From Candidatus Parvarchaeota archaeon (GTDB taxonomy: Archaea > Nanobdellota > Nanobdellia > JAFCGN01): DNA of 64,000 nucleotides. Positions 41,044 to 51,900 of this stretch are shown here, piece after piece. Within the stretch, counting starts at the first letter, position 1. Each line of letters begins with the position of its first letter. The DNA is taken from contig JAFCGN010000002.1 in the NCBI GenBank assembly GCA_017608045.1, forward strand, positions 24,596-88,595, given 5' to 3'. The notes under the pieces were generated by a model. That model had not been told where the DNA came from and ran no database searches. It worked only from the letters and a program-made list of their open reading frames with translations. The translations under genes and the position numbers were made by a program.

Positions 41044-41595
41044 ATGGCAAAATCAGCTAAGAAAATATTATTCCTCGTTTATAAAATAAAAAATGAACGT
41101 ATTGACCCAAAACAAGAAGAACTTAGTGAAAGAATAGAAGAACTTGGAATAAAAATAGAATCAGGAATCACTGATTATAATCAAATAAACAATATTTTAG
41201 ATGATGTTAATAAAATTTGTAAAGAATTAATGAAATGGGATGATAAAATTAAAAAATTACTTAAAAAAATAGATAAAACTTATACCAGAGACAGATTATT
41301 AAAAATAATTGATAAAAGAAATGAGTACTTAAAGGTTTTTGTTGAAAAGTATTTTGAGTTCCTAAAAAGTGATGTGAACCAACAAAACAAAATAAAATGG
41401 CTTCTTGGCCTTCTGGAAGCTGGAGCAATACTTGCAAAATATGGTGAGTTAATACCTTATTTCGTAGAGTACCTAAATAAAATATTAAAAAAAATAACAT
41501 ATGATGAAGCAGACGATGTTACAAAAAAAATACTAAAAAAGATATACAGCATTGATGAAAAACTTAAAGAATTGACAGGAAAAAGGATTATTTGA
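41044..41595 (+). CDS. Lys-rich hypothetical protein, paralog 2
   Basis: Homology to the 40422 product, as above. Confidence 0.4.
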   Translation: MAKSAKKILFLVYKIKNERIDPKQEELSERIEELGIKIESGITDYNQINNILDDVNKICKELMKWDDKIKKLLKKIDKTYTRDRLLKIIDKRNEYLKVFVEKYFEFLKSDVNQQNKIKWLLGLLEAGAILAKYGELIPYFVEYLNKILKKITYDEADDVTKKILKKIYSIDEKLKELTGKRII

Positions 41596-41651
41596 AATAA
41601 AATAATAAGTGTAAGAATTTAGTTATTAATTAATTTTTATTCAATTAATAT

Positions 41652-41745
41652 TTTTTAAGAAAATCATGAATTAAGTGATGGGGATGTCATAAGGATAATA
41701 ATATAAAAAATGATGAGAATTAATAAAAGAATAGCGCGTAAGTGA
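41652..41745 (+). pseudogene. duplicated promoter-proximal segment plus a decayed gene start (MMRINKRIARK*) of the 41934 gene
   Basis: 41652..41708 is about 90% identical to 41854..41910, which lies immediately upstream of the 41934 ORF. It is followed by an 11-codon ORF whose RINK motif mirrors MGLTRARINKS of the intact gene. Confidence 0.4.
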
Positions 41746-41933
41746 ATTAATACAGAAAAGAATTTTTTTAACATTAAAAACAAGTACTAAAGCTTAATTT
41801 TTTTTAATCTCACTCAATAATTATAATTATTTTTTGTTAAGTGCGAATTCAAGTTTTTTTAAGAAAATCATGAATTATGTGATGAAGATATTATAAGAAT
41901 AATAATATAAGTTAAGACTTCCTTCTAATTACT

Positions 41934-42302
41934 ATGGGATTAACGCGAGCGCGGATTAATAAGAGCGTTCCTAATAAGATACGAGATTGGATTGATGATT
42001 TAAGAAGTACTAAGAAAATAATAAAGGAATTAGAAAACGAGAAACCTAATTTCAATAAGATAAGAAGATGGTGTGGTAAAAAAGAAAAGCAAGCACGAAA
42101 GTTAGGAAAGCACGTTAAGAAATTGCGAAAAGAATACAAAAGAAATCAAGAAAAGAATTCTAAAACTCTTGAAGTTCTTTATAACTTCAAAGAAACTATG
42201 AACGTCGCAAAGCACATTGAAAAGAATTACAAAGAAGTTAGTGACGCGATTGATGAAAGAAAAAACGAACACGTAATAAAGGAAGTAAGGTACTTAAATT
42301 AA
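41934..42302 (+). CDS. Lys-rich hypothetical protein, paralog 3
   Basis: A 122-aa ORF with a conserved upstream element shared with the 41652 copy. Confidence 0.4.
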   Translation: MGLTRARINKSVPNKIRDWIDDLRSTKKIIKELENEKPNFNKIRRWCGKKEKQARKLGKHVKKLRKEYKRNQEKNSKTLEVLYNFKETMNVAKHIEKNYKEVSDAIDERKNEHVIKEVRYLN

Positions 42303-42418
42303 TAATGTTAGAGAACAAACAAGAAGAATGATAACTCGTTTCATCAATAACATTTGGAAATGAATTCTTTAAGAATAAATAAAAACCTTAATAAGGAGTG
42401 GGGGCTTAATTATTAATC

Positions 42419-42832
42419 ATGGAGTTTGAGCCTGGAAAAATAATTACTGGATTTTTAATTTTAATGTTTCTCCTTGTTTTTTATCAGAGATTCACGAGTC
42501 CGGAATTTCTTCAAATGATTGGTTTTCAAGTAAGTGACCAAAGGTATTTCATGTTTTTGTTAGATATTATAAGGCCTATAATCTTAACAGGAATCTTTGC
42601 TGTTGTTGTGAATTATATGTTTGGTTCAAGCATACCTACAACTTTAATAACTGCTGTTGTAGGAATTGTAGCATATTTTGTTTTAACAAGCCCACTTTTT
42701 CTTTCTACAATTGGTATGAGTTATGCTGAACAAAATAATTTTTTTACTTGGAAAAATTTTTTAGACCCTTTAATTATTCTTGGGGTTATGATAGGCATTG
42801 CTGTGGCTGTTATGCACATAAGGGGAGAATAG
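42419..42832 (+). CDS. small integral membrane protein
   Basis: Four predicted transmembrane helices. Confidence 0.4.
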   Translation: MEFEPGKIITGFLILMFLLVFYQRFTSPEFLQMIGFQVSDQRYFMFLLDIIRPIILTGIFAVVVNYMFGSSIPTTLITAVVGIVAYFVLTSPLFLSTIGMSYAEQNNFFTWKNFLDPLIILGVMIGIAVAVMHIRGE

Positions 42833-42874
42833 TTAGACTTAAAAATTAAAATGATTTCTTATAAATGTGTTTGT

Positions 42875-42980
42875 GGGTCCGTAGCTTAGTCTGGTGGAGC
42901 GCCGGTCTTATATGTCCGAGTTCCAAACAAGGCTCAACTAAGTGAGCCGGAGGCCCTGGGTTCAAATCCCAGCGGACCCA
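42875..42980 (+). tRNA. tRNA-Ile (UAU) with a roughly 32-nt intron
   Basis: Acceptor GGGUCCG/CGGACCC, D-stem GCUU/GAGC, anticodon stem CCGGU/GCCGG enclosing CUUAUA|intron|A, T-arm CUGGG-UUCAAAU-CCCAG and discriminator A. The anticodon assignment assumes the canonical 37/38 intron position. Confidence 0.7.
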
Positions 42981-43651
42981 TTCTTATAATAGATTATATT
43001 TACTTCTGAAGGATTTAAATTGCAGAAACTGTTATCAGAGCAAGAAGTAATTCCTAAAACAACATCTTCTAATGCTTCAAAAACAACATTGTCTCCTGGT
43101 TGAACAGGGCTTGGAATAATGTTGTCTTTTAATCCTAAGGACATAAATAAAGAACAAACAGGTGGGAGATTTTTAACTTCTATGTTAAGAACATCAGAAA
43201 GTAATTCCCTGCACCCTAATTTAGTATTTTTGTAAACGTTAGATGAACACCCAGGCCATAATAAATCATGCGTTGGCTTAATTTTAGGTCCTTTAAGATA
43301 AAGTTTATCTACTTCAATATATTTTGGTAATTGTTTTGCATACTCCTTTACACTAATTTCTGAAACATTGTTTTCTTTAAGAAGCAGAACAGGATCCCCT
43401 TTACCGTCGAATAAGCATTCTCCAGCTTCTAATGTTTTAGCCATTGGAGTTATGACTCTTTTTTCACTTTTCATTTTTTCTCTCTTATGTCTTAAATAAG
43501 TGATTTCTTCCCTTGTTTTCGCTTGATTGTATCCTTTAAATACAATGTCTGCAACTTGACCTCCATGTGGGACTAAAATTTTTATTTTATCTTTTTTATT
43601 TAAATAAAATGCTTTAGCTTTTCCATGTTCAATTATTGTTGTTTTAATCAT
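42962..43651 (-). CDS. hypothetical protein
   Basis: A 229-aa ORF; nothing confidently recognised. Confidence 0.4.
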   Translation of the reverse strand: MIKTTIIEHGKAKAFYLNKKDKIKILVPHGGQVADIVFKGYNQAKTREEITYLRHKREKMKSEKRVITPMAKTLEAGECLFDGKGDPVLLLKENNVSEISVKEYAKQLPKYIEVDKLYLKGPKIKPTHDLLWPGCSSNVYKNTKLGCRELLSDVLNIEVKNLPPVCSLFMSLGLKDNIIPSPVQPGDNVVFEALEDVVLGITSCSDNSFCNLNPSEVNIIYYKNGSAGI

Positions 43652-43763
43652 ATTTTATTAACTATTAGCTCTTTTTTTATAATTAATTGTATTCAATCTA
43701 TTATTTTATTTTTTTATTGAATCTTAAAAAATCTTATTAATTAAGGAAGGATAAAAAATAAGT

Positions 43764-45266
43764 ATGAAACAAACTATTTTGAAGTCAAAACTCGTTAAAG
43801 TTGAAACAGGAAATATTATGATTGCTGTTCTTAATGAAATAAAAGCAATGGATTTAGGAATAAATGCTGGAGACAGAATAAGAATAAGCATGGGTAAAAA
43901 ACATGTTAATGCAATTGTTGATTTAAGTAGTGTAGATATACTGCCTGATGAGATTGGGCTTTTTGAAGAAGTAAGTAAGGAGCTTGGAATTAAAAAAAAC
44001 AATGTAAAATTAAAAATAAAACAAGTTCCAAATCCTAAAAGTGTAGAGTATATAAAGAAAAAAGTTAATGGCAAAACATTGAGTTATGATGAGATTTATG
44101 AGATTGTCAATGATGTTGTGCATAATAAATTAAGTGATATAGAGATGAGTGCTTTTGTTACAGCAACATATACTGAAGGACTTACTTTTGAAGAAACTAT
44201 TAGTTTAACAAAAGCAGTGGTTAATACAGGCAATACTCTTCATTTAAAAAACAAACTTATTGTAGACAAACATTGTCTTGGAGGCGTTGCAGGAAACAGA
44301 ACAACAATGGTTGTTGTTCCTATTATTGCTGCTTTTGGTTTAGTTATGCCAAAAACAAGCTCGCGTTCTATAACAAGTCCTGCAGGTACAGCAGATACTA
44401 TGGAAGTTCTTGCTGAAGTAGAGTTTTCTGCTGAAAAATTGGAAAAGATTGTTGAAAAAGTGGGTGCATGCATTGCTTTTGGAGGAACAGTTAATCTTGC
44501 TGCTGCAGATGATAAACTAATAAAAGTCAGACACCCGCTGCACTTAGATCCTATTGGTTTAATGCTTGCATCAATAATGGCAAAGAAAAAAGCAGTTGGG
44601 AGCACGCATGTTTTAATTGATATTCCTATTGGAGAGGAAGCAAAAGTAAAAACATTTGATGAAGCAGAACTTTTAGGCACACTTTTTGAAAGTGTTGGAG
44701 AAGAATTGAATATGAAGGTAGATTATATAATAACGGATGGAAGTGGTCCAATAGGCAGGGGTATAGGACCTCTTCTTGAAGCAAGAGATGTATTAATGGT
44801 TTTGCAACAGCACGAAAATAGACCGCTTGATTTGGAGAAAAAAAGTTTGGAGCTTGCAGGAATTATTTTAGGATTTAGTGATAAAGTGAGTAGGGGAAAG
44901 GGAGAAAAAATTGCTAAAGAAATTCTTCAAAGCGGAAAAGCATGGCTTAAAATGAAAGAGATAATAAAAGCTCAAAAAGGAAACCCAAACATTAATATAG
45001 AAGATTTAACTCCAAAAGCGTATAAATATGAAATTAAAGCAAAAGCGAGTGGTGTTGTTAAAAAAATAAGTAATAGGAGCATTGCAAAGGTTGCTCTTGC
45101 AGCAGGTGCGCCAGCAGTTATTGATGCAGGAGTTTATTTAGAAAAAATAAAAGGAGATAAGGTAAAAAAAGGCGAAACACTTATGTCAATTTATTACAAA
45201 AGCAAGGAAAAACTTAAAAAATGCTTAGATATTCTTAAAGAGAATCCGCCTTATGTTATAGAGTGA
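43764..45266 (+). CDS. deoA: AMP phosphorylase (thymidine phosphorylase family with the archaeal N-terminal extension)
   Basis: A 500-aa protein whose size and N-terminal extension match the archaeal AMP phosphorylase type, with a Gly-rich phosphate-binding segment (GGVAGNRTT) and SITSPAGTADT. Confidence 0.75.
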   Translation: MKQTILKSKLVKVETGNIMIAVLNEIKAMDLGINAGDRIRISMGKKHVNAIVDLSSVDILPDEIGLFEEVSKELGIKKNNVKLKIKQVPNPKSVEYIKKKVNGKTLSYDEIYEIVNDVVHNKLSDIEMSAFVTATYTEGLTFEETISLTKAVVNTGNTLHLKNKLIVDKHCLGGVAGNRTTMVVVPIIAAFGLVMPKTSSRSITSPAGTADTMEVLAEVEFSAEKLEKIVEKVGACIAFGGTVNLAAADDKLIKVRHPLHLDPIGLMLASIMAKKKAVGSTHVLIDIPIGEEAKVKTFDEAELLGTLFESVGEELNMKVDYIITDGSGPIGRGIGPLLEARDVLMVLQQHENRPLDLEKKSLELAGIILGFSDKVSRGKGEKIAKEILQSGKAWLKMKEIIKAQKGNPNINIEDLTPKAYKYEIKAKASGVVKKISNRSIAKVALAAGAPAVIDAGVYLEKIKGDKVKKGETLMSIYYKSKEKLKKCLDILKENPPYVIE

Positions 45267-46081
45267 TTATGTTGATTAAAAAGAAAATCAAGGTTTTGTT
45301 TAATAAGATTAAATCTTTTTTTAAGAAAATGAGTTTTAGAACTAAAATTAATTTATTAGCACTTTTTCTTTTTTTTGCATCTTCTTTTAATGGGATTTCA
45401 TTTCAAATTTTTCTTCTTGTTTTTTTACCATTATATTTAAGTTATTATTTAAGTTATAAAATAGCAACAGCAGCGTTAATTATTCACAGAGGAGGAATAC
45501 CAACTCCTGTAAAAGAAGAGAATTTTATTTTTTTAAGGTCTTCAACCAATTATTATCGTTTTAATGCGTATTCAAAAATGAAATTAGTTGATTTTTTTTA
45601 TTTGAGCGTTTATCCCATGCTTTTAATGATAAGCATTTATGTTCAACAGAGCAAGCTTACAAGCAATTCTATTTTTAGTTTAACTCCAGGCAGTTTAATG
45701 GGCCCTGTTTTGTTCCCACTAATTTTTATTTTATTCACAGCGTCCATTATTCTTGATAAAAGCGGATTAAGGTTTGTTGATGAAAAAAACCAATACATTC
45801 AACGCCTTGGAGGTTGGTATAGGAAAATTGTTAATAGTCTTCTTAAATTTGTTGTTTCTATTAACATTATTACGAAAATGTTTTTGGAACAAAGCATTGT
45901 TGTTGTTTTAAAACAATTGCTTGGTTTGGCAATTATTTTTTATCCACCCATCCTTTTTGTTAGTGTTGTTTATGCTGTATTAATTCTCCCTTCTAATTTA
46001 AGAAATTTTAACAATATTCTTACAAGAACTTATGGAATCAAAAAAAATGTTGTAAAGATTAATCTTGAAGAAAATATTTAA
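45263..46081 (+). CDS. integral membrane protein, hypothetical
   Basis: Multiple transmembrane helices; it overlaps the deoA stop by 4 nt. Confidence 0.4.
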   Translation: MIMLIKKKIKVLFNKIKSFFKKMSFRTKINLLALFLFFASSFNGISFQIFLLVFLPLYLSYYLSYKIATAALIIHRGGIPTPVKEENFIFLRSSTNYYRFNAYSKMKLVDFFYLSVYPMLLMISIYVQQSKLTSNSIFSLTPGSLMGPVLFPLIFILFTASIILDKSGLRFVDEKNQYIQRLGGWYRKIVNSLLKFVVSINIITKMFLEQSIVVVLKQLLGLAIIFYPPILFVSVVYAVLILPSNLRNFNNILTRTYGIKKNVVKINLEENI

Positions 46082-46101
46082 AAAATTAACTATTCATATT
46101 G

Positions 46102-48762
46102 TTATTTTAATATTATTGATGGTTTATTTGGATTTGATTGTTTTGCTTTAAGTTCTTTACTTTCTTCTGTTGTTTCAATGATAATTTTCGCATTGAATTC
46201 TTTTTCAAGCATTTCTTTGTTTTCTTTTAATGCTTGAACCTCTGTTTTTTGGCTTAAAATTATTTTAGGTATTTTGTTATTGTTTTTTACTAAATTTGGC
46301 ACAATTTTTGAAATTTCTTTTCCATGTGTTTTTAATTCAGTTTTCATAAGCTCTTTTAATATTTCTCTTACGTTTCTTGTTTTTTCTAAGATTTTTTTAA
46401 TTTTTTCAAAAAAGACGTATTTCCATTTTGGAGCTACGATTATCTTTATTTCATTTATTTTTTTCAATTTGATTATGTTTTTAACAGAATGTATGTCTTT
46501 TCTCACATTTTCAATGAACTCATCACAAGCTTCTGCTTTTTCATCTATTTTGCTTTCATCATATTGTGGCCAACTTGCAAGTGAGATAAACGGTTTATTC
46601 CCAATTTTTTCCCATAATTCTTCAGTTATGTGCGGACAGAATGGATGAAGAAGTTTAAGAAATGTTTCAAGTGTTTCCTTGCTTTCTTCTTCTTTAAGTG
46701 AATCAAAAAATTCTCTTAATCTTATGCTTGCAAGATTATACTTGAATTCTTGGATATATTCTGTAACAAGTTTAATTGTTTTATTTAATTTGCTTTCAAT
46801 TTTTTTGCTGGATTTTCCAATTTTCACATTTTTAAAATATTTCATAATTTTTTTGATAAACCTATAACTTCCTTCTATTCCCTCATCACTCCATCTTAAA
46901 TCTTTATCAGGTGATGCAAGGGATATTAAGAAAAATCTTGCAGTGTCAATTCCATATTTTTTTGAAATAACTTCTGGAAGCACAACATTTCCACGAGATT
47001 TTGACATTACAGCCCCATCATCTCCATGAAGCATGCCTTGATTGAACAATTTTTTAAATGGTTCATCAAAATCAATGAAGCCAATATCTCTAAGAACTTT
47101 TGTGAAGAATCTTGCATAAATTAAATGCATGCATGCGTGTTCTGCACCTCCTATGTATTGATCAACAGGAAGCCAATATTTTACCTTTTTTTTGTCAAAA
47201 GGTTCTTTGTCATTTTTATTGTCCGCATACCTTAAATAATACCAACTGCTGTCAAAAAAAGTATCCATAGTATCTGTTTCCCTTTCTGCATCTCTACCGC
47301 ATTTCGGACACTTTGTTTTAACAAATTTTTTATTTGTGGTAAGTGGGTTTCCTTCGCCAAATTTAACATTGTGTGGAAGCATAACAGGAAGGTCTTTATA
47401 AGGCACAGGCACTATGCCGCATTCAGGGCATTTAATTATGGGAATTGGTGTTCCCCAATACCTCTGCCTTGAAATAAGCCAATCCTTAAGCTTGTATGTA
47501 ATAGTTTTCTTACCCCATCCTTTTTTTTCAGCTAATTCAATAATTTTTTCTTTTGCTTCTTCATTTTCCATTCCATCAAATTTTCCAGAGTTTATTAAAA
47601 TGCCTTTTTCTACATATGCATGATTCATTTCATGTGCTTTGAGTTTTTTATTTTTAGGAGTTATTACAACTTTCATAGGCAAATCATATTTTTTTGCAAA
47701 TTGAAAATCACGCTCATCATGAGTAGGCACTGCCATTACTGCACCAGTGCCATAATCATAAAGAACGTAATCCGCTACCCATAAAGGACATTTGTCGCCT
47801 GTAAAAGGATTTATAAAGTATTTTCCTAAGAAAACCCCATTTTTTTCTTTTCCTTCTGCTGTTCTTTCAATAATGCTTTTTTTCTTTACTTTTTTAATAA
47901 ATTCTTTTACTTTCATTTCATATTTTGTCCCTTTTGTCCATTCAATTACTTTTGGATGTTCTACTGCAAGCACAAGATATGTAATGCCATAAACTGTGTC
48001 CGCTCTTGTAGTGAATGTGCTTATTTCATCTATTTTTTCTCCTTTTTCATTAATAACATCAAATTTAAGTATGACTCCTTCACTCTTTCCTATCCAATTT
48101 CTTTGCATTACTTTAATTCTTTCAGGCCAATCTATTTTTTCTAAATCTTCAAGCAATTCTTCAGCGTATTCTGTTGTTTTTATAAACCATTGTTCAAGTT
48201 CTTTTTGTTCAACTTCAGTGTCTTTATGTCTCCAACACTTTCCATTATGCACTTGCTCATTTGCTAAAACAGTCTTGCACTTTGGACACCAATTAACACT
48301 TGCTTCTTTTCTATAAACCAAACCTTTTTCCATGAATTTTAAGAAAAAATATTGATTCCATTTATAATATTCTGGTGTGCATGTTGAAATCATTCTGCTC
48401 CAATCATAACTTAATCCCAGAGATTTCTGTTGTTTAATAAAATTTGCAATTGCTTTATTAGTATAATCCTTTGGGTGAATCCCGGCTTTTATTGCTGCAT
48501 TTTCTGCTGGAAGCCCGAAGCTATCATACCCCATTGGGTATAAAACATTAAAACCATTCATTCTTTTAAAGCGTGCGTAAATATCTCCTATCGTGTAATT
48601 GAAAGCATGACCCATATGCAATCCAGAACCAGAAGGGTATGGAAACATTTCTAAAACATAATATTTCTTTTTTTTAGAATCCTCTTTTACTTTAAAAACA
48701 TTTGATTCAGACCACTTTTTTTGCCATTTTTTTTCAATTGCGTGAAGATTCATTTTTTCCAC
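46102..48762 (-). CDS. leuS: leucyl-tRNA synthetase (archaeal/eukaryotic type)
   Basis: HMGHAFNYTIGD (HIGH region), KMSKSRGN, and a CP1 editing domain; 886 aa. Confidence 0.9.
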   Translation of the reverse strand: MEKMNLHAIEKKWQKKWSESNVFKVKEDSKKKKYYVLEMFPYPSGSGLHMGHAFNYTIGDIYARFKRMNGFNVLYPMGYDSFGLPAENAAIKAGIHPKDYTNKAIANFIKQQKSLGLSYDWSRMISTCTPEYYKWNQYFFLKFMEKGLVYRKEASVNWCPKCKTVLANEQVHNGKCWRHKDTEVEQKELEQWFIKTTEYAEELLEDLEKIDWPERIKVMQRNWIGKSEGVILKFDVINEKGEKIDEISTFTTRADTVYGITYLVLAVEHPKVIEWTKGTKYEMKVKEFIKKVKKKSIIERTAEGKEKNGVFLGKYFINPFTGDKCPLWVADYVLYDYGTGAVMAVPTHDERDFQFAKKYDLPMKVVITPKNKKLKAHEMNHAYVEKGILINSGKFDGMENEEAKEKIIELAEKKGWGKKTITYKLKDWLISRQRYWGTPIPIIKCPECGIVPVPYKDLPVMLPHNVKFGEGNPLTTNKKFVKTKCPKCGRDAERETDTMDTFFDSSWYYLRYADNKNDKEPFDKKKVKYWLPVDQYIGGAEHACMHLIYARFFTKVLRDIGFIDFDEPFKKLFNQGMLHGDDGAVMSKSRGNVVLPEVISKKYGIDTARFFLISLASPDKDLRWSDEGIEGSYRFIKKIMKYFKNVKIGKSSKKIESKLNKTIKLVTEYIQEFKYNLASIRLREFFDSLKEEESKETLETFLKLLHPFCPHITEELWEKIGNKPFISLASWPQYDESKIDEKAEACDEFIENVRKDIHSVKNIIKLKKINEIKIIVAPKWKYVFFEKIKKILEKTRNVREILKELMKTELKTHGKEISKIVPNLVKNNNKIPKIILSQKTEVQALKENKEMLEKEFNAKIIIETTEESKELKAKQSNPNKPSIILK

Positions 48763-48924
48763 TTCTTTTTAATTTATTATTAAATTTGAACACCTATTCA
48801 TAAATAGGCAAATTATAAGAGCAATAAAAGCAAGTTTTTTTGCATAAAATTTAATGAATAAAAAGCAATTTATAAAATTATCTTTTTTTAATTTTTTCTT
48901 CTTATTCTTGAATATATTTATGAA

Positions 48925-51900
48925 TTAATAATATTCTGATTTGAATTTCACGTTTTTGCTGTCTCCACTAATTGTTGCTTTAAATAGAAGAGTGTTTATT
49001 TTCGGAGGATTGATTAAAATGTTTCTGAAATATTTTACATTTTCCCATTGCGTTATATTATCATAATCATCTACAAATAAATATACACTATTATTTTGAT
49101 TTCCAGGAAGAGCAATTGTTAAGAGATTATTGTTTGCATAAAAACTTTTATTGCTTGGAAAAATGCTTGAACTTGGGGAAATTATTGAAACCAATATATT
49201 ATTGCTTCTTTTTCCGAACCAATTATAATTTTTTCCTGCAAGAGAACTTTTGTCAGTGAGATTTTCTTGTGAGAATACCTCAACTCCATTATCATAATTT
49301 GTGTATATGTTTAATTCTGTGTTATTTAAATCCCAGAAAGGACCTATTGTTAAATCATTTTCAGAAGTTGTTTCTGGGATTGCAGTGACTTTTATGAATT
49401 TTTGATAAGCGTAAACATCAAAGTAATAAATTACTTTTGGGTTTGTATTTGAAGTTGCTTTTATTCTTGCTCTTACAGGTCCTTTTTCTATAAATGTTAT
49501 GTTATTTAATGTTGTTGAAGCAGCAAAGTTCTTCCAAGAAGAATTTCCAAAATCAGTGAGCCATTTATCACTTGATTGAAAAAAATTGCTGCTGTTTTTG
49601 TAAAGAAAAATATTGTTTTTTAAATCCCATGAGAAAAAAGTGTTGTTTACAATTTTATTTGTTTCATTTATAATTAAATCACTTTTAAATGATAAAGGTG
49701 TTAAGATACTGTGTTCTTCTTCTGTGTCATTTGTATTATAATAAATTCCATATTTTTTGCTTCCAATTAATGAATCAAAAAACAACAAATTTATTTTTGG
49801 TTTATCATAATTTATGTAATATTCGTCACTGCTGCTTTTTGAACTATACATTGTGTCATCAAATACAATTTCAATACTGCCTGAAGTTTCAAACTCTAAA
49901 TAATAGGTTTTCCCATTTACATATTTTTTTATTGGAACATTAAATGAATGCATTGTGTTTGCATAAATTGTATTGTTTTCAGCAATTATGTTTCCATTAA
50001 GGTCTTTTATCTTCACTCTTGAATTACTATCATAAGAGGAGATGTTTATTTTTATGTTTTTTACATTTTGTGGTAAGTGGAAATAAAGTTTTTTCACACC
50101 ATCATTAGATTTGCAGCGTATCCTTTTATTGTATAAAACCAAGTATGGCAGAGTTGAATTTATTTTAAAATACTTGTTATCATTTTTTCCACTAATAACA
50201 ACTTTATAAAATCCTTTGTAATTTTGACTTTGTATTGAATATACTTTGTCAGTATTTATGACATCATTGTCTATAATTGCGCTTTTATTCGGGTAAAAAA
50301 TGGATACATTAAAGTTTGCACTTTCTTCAAGGTCCACGCCTAAAGTGAAATTTTTTCCATCATAATTGAACAAGTAATAAGTATAATTTGAATAATCTAT
50401 GCTTTCTGGATTTTGGCAAAAAATGTTGAATTCCGAAGTACTTGATGGAATGTTCTCTGTTGTTATTTGTGTTGTTATTTTTCTTCCACTTTCATCGCTG
50501 ATGAGCAAGCTATTTGCGTCAATTCCTTTAAGAAAATATCCGCTAACTTCTAAAGGAAAGTTTTGTATTTGATATTTTGAATAAACTTTAAAGACTTTCC
50601 TTGTATTTGGCGTGAAATCATTTCTATACCAATTAGTGTCATAATTATATTTTTGATCTACGGTTTCTGTGTCTATGCTCAAATACGTGGAGAATCCTTT
50701 TTGACTGAAAGAATTCTTTATAAAATCTTCTTTATCTTTAAAGAATTCTTCAAAACTTTCATTTGTTAAAACTTTTGATTTATTATTAAGAAAATTATAA
50801 TCTCTTGTTTTTTCCCATTGTTCTCTATGCGGGTATAAAATGTATTCATATTCTACACTTGATGGTTGGAATAATGTGTCATTTTTGATAATTAAATCTG
50901 AGAACTTGTTCTCTGAAGTAGAATTTCTATAATAAGAAAAATATCCTGTTTTGTTTATTAAAAGAATGCCAATTCCTTGTTTGCTATGATAGTAATCTAT
51001 CCAATCTCCTGGCCTGTCTTCAACATAATCATAAGTATCCCATATGTTTGTATTATTGTCTTTATAATAAAGAGAACCGCCAAGTAAAGTGCTTCCATTT
51101 AAATTTATTCTATCAAAAATAAAATTATTTTCGCTTGCCTGACAATTTATTGTTTCAGCCCAACGCACATTTGTTTTAATTTTGATTATGTCTGGGTAAA
51201 AGTAAAAGTCTTGTGTATAAAATTCTCTTCCTGGAGCAATGCCATGTTCTCCGCTTACTCTAATGTTTGCCATTACAGGCCCGCTCGTTATTATTGTTAT
51301 TGTTGGTTTGTTTTCGCTTGATTGCTTGTACTCTGTGTTATTGCATTGGAAGATTGTTTGAATAGAATATTCTTTTCCATTAGTTATAAGATTTTGATGA
51401 TAATTTTTTGGTGATAAATAGTAGAGCATGCCGCCTGCAGATTTGTTGATTTTTGCTTCATAATGGTTTGTGTTGATAATAATGTCTGTTGTATTTTCGT
51501 TAATGCTTATTTGAGAAAGATATTTTGGAGATTCTATGTGATTTTCATCTGTTTTTTTATTAAAATAAACAAAAATTTTTTTTTCTTCACCTTTGCTTAT
51601 GCTTGTCTGAAAACATATTTCAGCAATCTTGTTTCTTAAATCAAGCCATCTTAGACTAAAAGGTAGTTCTTTTTGTTCTTCAATAACTCTTATTGATTCT
51701 TCATCAACATCATCTGGAAAATCTATTTGAGCTATTTGAGTAAATGAATTAAATTGTAAATTATTTTCTTCTTTTAATACAATTTTAATTCTATTAGTTG
51801 AAATTGGACTCCACCAAAAATCATAAATGTTATTCATTACACTGATTATTGAATTTCCAAGAGCTTCTGTCCTGCTTATTAAACTTTGTTCGCTATTGAA

